A DNA stretch of 64,000 nt, taken from contig JAHQJS010000004.1 in NCBI GenBank assembly GCA_019057385.1, positions 576,001 through 640,000 on the forward strand, in the 5' to 3' direction. Origin of the DNA: Candidatus Borrarchaeum weybense (GTDB lineage: Archaea; Asgardarchaeota; Sifarchaeia; Borrarchaeales; Borrarchaeaceae). This document shows, piece by piece, positions 59,777 through 64,000 of the stretch (positions are counted from its first letter, which is position 1; every line of letters starts with the position of its first letter). The notes beneath the pieces were generated by a model that saw only the letters and a program-made list of their open reading frames with translations, was not told where the DNA came from and made no database searches. Position numbers and translations under genes: made by a program.

Positions 59777-60994
59777 TTAAGTCTCGGATAACGTCTCTTT
59801 TAGCCCCATAGCTTTAGCAACTATGTTTACAACATCGAATACTTTAAGTTGTATCTCTTGCTCTTCTTCATCCTCTCGTTTTTCATTAAGTAGGCAATTA
59901 AAGTGGATTTGGCATTTCGGACAGGTAGTAACGAGTATTTCTGCCACATTTGCGGCTTCTGTTAATCGATCAGTTCGGATACCTTTAGTAAAATCATTAC
60001 AACCCATAAAAGCAGGGACGCCGCAACATAATGCCCTTTCTTTGTTTCGTTCCATTTCGATAAAACGCACCCCAACGTTTTCCATACTATTAAGAATCGT
60101 TCGTGGGGCATCATAAACTTTCATATACCGCCCTAATCGACAAGGATCATGGTAGGTTACGGTTATTTCGGGAGAAAATGACTGAGTAAATTCAACAGTC
60201 CCCTCATCTATTTTTTGCGCGATTAATTCAGTTATATGGAGTACTTCCACCTTACCAAGATCAAAATACTTAGGATATTCTTTTTTAAGGGCCATATATC
60301 CTTCTGCGCAAGAAGTAATGACTCTTTTAGCACCACTAGCTTTAATTGTTTCAATATTTTGCTTAGCTAGGCTCTTAAAGACATCAACATCTCCTCGCCA
60401 CAGTGCATCGTGTCCACAACACTTTTCCTGGCGAAGAATTACTGGAGGTTCTTCAAACAAGGCGTCCAAAATTCTAAAAGTATCGTGGGCTATAGATAAC
60501 GCATTAAAACCAATATCTTTTTTGAAATAATCATATGCATCAAAAAACGGGAGACATCCTATAAAATACGCCGTTTCCCCAGTCTCAGTGACTTCAACCC
60601 CAGGCGGTACCACAAAGTCTGGTAGATTTCTTTTAAGAGATTCGTTTGCCATCATTTTTTGAGAAAGTGAAAATTCGCCATGCGCTACTTCGCCATGAAG
60701 TGCTAATTCCTGTACCATTTCAGCCCTAGCATCTTTCACCATTTCTGGAAAATTAATATTCTGAGGGCATTTTTCGTAGCAATAACTGCAGGTGAGACAA
60801 GTCCAAAGATGACCTTCCTTTAGAACTTTTTCCCTATCACCAAGTAGAAGCTCATAGATATAAAGGCTCGGCTGATACGCCTCAAGAAAATATCCTAGCG
60901 GACAACAACCAGTACAGACACCGCACTGGTAACAACCTTTTACTATTTCTTTCAGGATTTTTTCATCTTCAGATGCCATCTTAGTCGATGTCAT
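59777..60994 (-). CDS. HdrD-like Fe-S oxidoreductase (2x4Fe-4S plus CCG domains)
   Basis: CYQCGVCTGCCP, CLTCSYC..CP, CCG, YHDPCRLGR, CPKC. Confidence 0.88.
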   Translation of the reverse strand: MTSTKMASEDEKILKEIVKGCYQCGVCTGCCPLGYFLEAYQPSLYIYELLLGDREKVLKEGHLWTCLTCSYCYEKCPQNINFPEMVKDARAEMVQELALHGEVAHGEFSLSQKMMANESLKRNLPDFVVPPGVEVTETGETAYFIGCLPFFDAYDYFKKDIGFNALSIAHDTFRILDALFEEPPVILRQEKCCGHDALWRGDVDVFKSLAKQNIETIKASGAKRVITSCAEGYMALKKEYPKYFDLGKVEVLHITELIAQKIDEGTVEFTQSFSPEITVTYHDPCRLGRYMKVYDAPRTILNSMENVGVRFIEMERNKERALCCGVPAFMGCNDFTKGIRTDRLTEAANVAEILVTTCPKCQIHFNCLLNEKREDEEEQEIQLKVFDVVNIVAKAMGLKETLSET

Positions 60995-61025
60995 ATATTT
61001 AACCTTCGTAAGAATTTAGCTTTTT

Positions 61026-62537
61026 TCATTTACTTTTCTTCTGAGCCAACTCTTTAATTGAGAAGTAATAGTGTGGGGGTAAACCCGGCGATTTCTGATA
61101 TTTCTCAATCACAGCCTTTGCGTTTCGACTTTTCTTCCGCTTTGACAGTTTCTCAACTAATTCTACATTGATAGGCTTCTCATTAATCTTTAAATAGCCT
61201 TCTTTTACTGCATTCTCAAAAATTTTCTCGCCTATGCCTGTTCGGACAACGGCAGTGGACCATCCTGCCCCCGCTCCAATCGAGCCAACTGAAATATCTG
61301 CCAATTCGGAAGTTAAATCTACACAATAATGACATGCTTCTCTTGCAAATTCTGCAACTTCAGCAATCGGTAATTCGATCGGGTCACCTTCAATCCTGTG
61401 GAGGAAAAATTTGCCTTTATTGATATCTGTCTTCTTCACATCACTTAGTTGAACTCCGCCCTTCTCTGCGATCTTTTTTACTCCTTCATAAGGGAAGCTT
61501 TCCATGCAAAATAGCCCGAAAATCGCGACTATCTCGCCAAAAGTATCCTTAAAGGTCTCGCCATAGTAACACTGGTATTTTCGCAAGGCTTGAAGCATGC
61601 AAGGTGTTCCAACTACGCATATTTTCTCGCATTCAGATTTTCGTACGGTGTCTAAAATTGATAGATTGGGAGACATTGCGTATTTAGTCCCTGCACATTT
61701 GACTAATTCTGCAACATTTCTTACAATTCGCGGTTGTGGTTTCCATGGGTCATCTTCAAGTCCTACGACAATTGCTCCATCAATTTCCCCTTTTTCCAAT
61801 AAGTAAGCGACTAATGACGTGACGACTCCACCATCTTGTTTTACCGTTTTTATGGTATCATCAGTGCATTGTGCCATTACGCATTTCTTATAACGTCCAA
61901 TTGGTTCTTCTTTAAAGTGATCACGATTAATGATGTTGTTTCCTAAGCCTTTAAGCAGTCCTATCGGCAGGAAAGTCCTCGGACAATTTTCAAAGCAAAG
62001 TGAGCAGTGTATACATACGTCTTCATCGAGAATTGGTCCATCATCACTTACTGAAAGTGCATTTACTGGACAAACTGAGACGCATAATCCGCAGAAAGTA
62101 CATAGGCGCGTTGCTAAAATGTTTTGTACTGATTGACCTACAGCAACGTCAGTTGGCGGAAGTAGGCTTAATCTAAGTAATTCATCTTCAACGATTTCGG
62201 AAATTCTTGTTCTGAAGACCAGCTCATCTTTGGTAGATATGCTTTCAACTTTTCCCTCCGATTCTAGATGTAAAAGATGTGAATAGACGTCAAATTCTTC
62301 TAAGTCCAATTCGTTTGCCAATCGAGAAATAGAAACTCCGTCTTTAAGGGCTAACTTAGATAAGATTAATTGTCTTCTTAAATCGTCTTCAAACACTTGA
62401 TCTTCAATATAGTGAATCATGTTAATATCAAGTTTGCCCTTTTTTATAATCTCCTCTTCATTCTCTAGAAGAACTTTCGTTCTAAAGTTCTCTGCGGTAT
62501 CTACAATTGCATTCAATTTTTCCTTCAGTTCAACCAA
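61026..62537 (-). CDS. FrhB/FdhB-family F420-binding subunit with N-terminal wHTH and ferredoxin domains
   Basis: QDGGVVT, GTKY, VGTPC, GLFCMESF, ACHYCVD, ADISVGSIG; 2x4Fe-4S; HTH-like SISRLANELDL. Confidence 0.88.
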   Translation of the reverse strand: MVELKEKLNAIVDTAENFRTKVLLENEEEIIKKGKLDINMIHYIEDQVFEDDLRRQLILSKLALKDGVSISRLANELDLEEFDVYSHLLHLESEGKVESISTKDELVFRTRISEIVEDELLRLSLLPPTDVAVGQSVQNILATRLCTFCGLCVSVCPVNALSVSDDGPILDEDVCIHCSLCFENCPRTFLPIGLLKGLGNNIINRDHFKEEPIGRYKKCVMAQCTDDTIKTVKQDGGVVTSLVAYLLEKGEIDGAIVVGLEDDPWKPQPRIVRNVAELVKCAGTKYAMSPNLSILDTVRKSECEKICVVGTPCMLQALRKYQCYYGETFKDTFGEIVAIFGLFCMESFPYEGVKKIAEKGGVQLSDVKKTDINKGKFFLHRIEGDPIELPIAEVAEFAREACHYCVDLTSELADISVGSIGAGAGWSTAVVRTGIGEKIFENAVKEGYLKINEKPINVELVEKLSKRKKSRNAKAVIEKYQKSPGLPPHYYFSIKELAQKKSK

Positions 62538-62568
62538 ATTCTAAACGCCCCTTTGCATTCTAAGGGTT

Positions 62569-62608
62569 GTCTTCTTGAAACCACAATGTTTACGTTTCAA
62601 GAGTCATT
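62569..62608 (-). promoter_or_regulatory. Eukaryote-like SECIS element overlapping the mvhD stop codon
   Basis: AUGA-C-UCUUGAAAC-GUAAACAUUGUG-GUUUCAAGA-A-GAC; 9-bp perfect helix; same 32-nt GA-to-GA spacing as the Prx SECIS. Confidence 0.85.
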
Positions 62609-63014
62609 CAGTTTTTAATGGATTTGGTCCAAGCTTTTCGACTTTCTTGAGGGTATCCTCTACAGCTGCCACAAATCTACCTGCTTCTGCAGCAGACAGG
62701 AAGTACATATTGACTCGGTTTTCGCCGAGACCATGTCGTTTGAGGATTCGTTTTACAAAGTTGACGTTTCTATCTGCCTTCAAATTTCCGTCAGGAAATT
62801 CACATTCACCCTTGTGACATCCAACTACCATAACACCATCAGCGCCCTGCCGAATGGCGTGAAGAAGATGTCCTGCGTTGATTCGTCCAGTGCAACGAAT
62901 CCTTACAATATTTATGTTTGGTGGGTACTTCATGCGACATGTGCCAGCTAAATCGGCTGCAGGGTAACCTCATTTGTCGCAAGCAAGAGCAACTATGTTA
63001 TAATTGTCATCCAT
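62604..63014 (-). CDS. mvhD: Selenocysteine-containing MvhD/VhuD (136 aa, U15)
   Basis: ATG 63014 after GGAG: MDDNYNIVALACDK-UGA(62972-62970)-GYPAADLAG, aligning with CNWCSYAGADLAG of the Cys paralogue; in frame with ORF 62604..62933. Confidence 0.92.
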
Positions 63015-63143
63015 AGGCTCGATCTCCACTCATGAAATTATATTATGATTTTATTTTTGATGTGTGCACCCTTCGGTTGCAACCTAACTGCTTCTATGAA
63101 GGCATAACTTTTTTCCATTCATGATCCTTGCAGTATATGGATG

Positions 63144-64000
63144 CTATGTTTTTACTTTCAAAGTTGGTTTTAATGTGCCTGAGATCTCGCGAAGAAGTTG
63201 TTCGTCCCTGTGATATCTAACTGAAAGTGCTTTTGTTGGACAGACTGAAACACACAATCCGCAACCCTTACACGCAATTTCTGATACTTGAGCGACTTCA
63301 TCTATAACTTCAACTGCGTTAAATGGACATATGCGTTCGCATGTCCCACATGAAATACACAAAGACTCATTGACAATTGGAACCATAAGTTCCAACATTA
63401 TTTTACCCTGTACAAATGCAGCAGCTAATGCAGCAACACCGTTTGCACCAGCTACACTGTAAGGAATATTCTTAGGACCGTGTGCTCCTCCGGCAATGTA
63501 TATACCAGGAGTCTTTGTGTCCTGTGGATTGAGACACTCATGGATTGGCTTAAGAAAGCCGCTTGGGCCACGATCAAGTCTTAAGACTTCTGCGATTTTC
63601 AGCGTTCCTTCTCCTGGGGCAATTCCTGCGGAAAGCACCAACATATCCACGTCATCGCGGATTAGTTCTCTCGTCAAAGTATTTTCTACTCGAATCTTCA
63701 GGTTCTTTGTTTCTTTGTTTTCTCGCACTTCAGCAATCTTGCCCCTGACGAATTTAATGCCTGCATCCCTCACACGGGCATAATATTCTTCGCAGGCTTT
63801 ATCTGGGGTGCGGATATCAATGTAATAGATAGTTATATCAGTGTCAGGATATTCTTGATGAATTAACTGAGCGTTCTTCATCGCTACCATACAGCAAACC
63901 TGACTGCAATGCGGGTTTGTTTTTAGATCTCTAGATCCAACACATTGAAGCATCCCTATTTTTTTAGGTCGCTTATTATCGGAAATACGTAATAAGTGAC
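63144..64000 (-). CDS. hdrA: HdrA-like protein, C-terminal part (5' end outside the window)
   Basis: Frame is open to the window edge; QCVGSR, CSQVCC, GPKNI, 2x4Fe-4S. Confidence 0.9.
   Translation of the reverse strand, partial: HLLRISDNKRPKKIGMLQCVGSRDLKTNPHCSQVCCMVAMKNAQLIHQEYPDTDITIYYIDIRTPDKACEEYYARVRDAGIKFVRGKIAEVRENKETKNLKIRVENTLTRELIRDDVDMLVLSAGIAPGEGTLKIAEVLRLDRGPSGFLKPIHECLNPQDTKTPGIYIAGGAHGPKNIPYSVAGANGVAALAAAFVQGKIMLELMVPIVNESLCISCGTCERICPFNAVEVIDEVAQVSEIACKGCGLCVSVCPTKALSVRYHRDEQLLREISGTLKPTLKVKT

Noticed and set aside
62604-62933. ORF-track 109-aa MvhD lacking its N-terminal ligands
   Set aside because: It extends through an in-frame UGA to ATG 63014
938-63783. Many short antisense or overlapping ORFs in the track (e.g. 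6267..6743, 14545..15024, 49935..50300, 55370..55837)
   Set aside because: They are shadows of well-supported genes and carry no motifs
54575-64000. Evidence for methanogenesis
   Set aside because: Hdr/Mvh/FrhB modules are widespread in non-methanogens, and no mcr or mtr genes are present here
1-64000. tRNA or rRNA genes
   Set aside because: No cloverleaf or rRNA-like segment recognised by eye; the GGTTCGA hits checked fall in CDSs, in the Prx SECIS, or lack a cloverleaf context

Overview
Low-GC archaeal window, most consistent with an Asgard archaeon: it has two Rab-like small GTPases, longin and roadblock proteins, a ubiquitin E2, an SDS22-like LRR protein and eukaryote-like SECIS hairpins. 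In order it contains: (1) a partial GH35 gene and membrane/F420 genes; (2) an acyl-CoA/4-hydroxybutyrate block (abfD-like, crotonase, thiolase, DUF35-Hbd fusion) interrupted by a Fur regulator and a divergent selenocysteine peroxiredoxin that the ORF track truncates; (3) two SDRs, a Cys-Prx, a D-2-hydroxyacid dehydrogenase and porDABG; (4) rhomboid, E2 and GATase genes; (5) a ~16 kb co-oriented signalling island of PAS histidine kinases and receivers, then a REC-inactive-KaiC fusion, then KaiC / Rab GTPase / longin-roadblock-nuclease-fold fusion / KaiC; (6) GT-C glycosyltransferases around a second longin-wHTH / Rab / roadblock module; (7) a tnpB-only IS200/IS605 element plus three non-autonomous IS200/IS605 derivatives, one of which appears to carry a stand-alone omegaRNA; (8) an LRR protein; (9) an Hdr/MvhD/FrhB-like cluster with both a Sec-MvhD, whose UGA stop lies inside its own SECIS core, and a Cys-MvhD. 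The best candidates for an undescribed system are the kinase-KaiC-Rab-longin/roadblock module and the NPRL2-like longin-wHTH/GTPase/roadblock module. All family calls come from motif recognition by eye; no searches were run.
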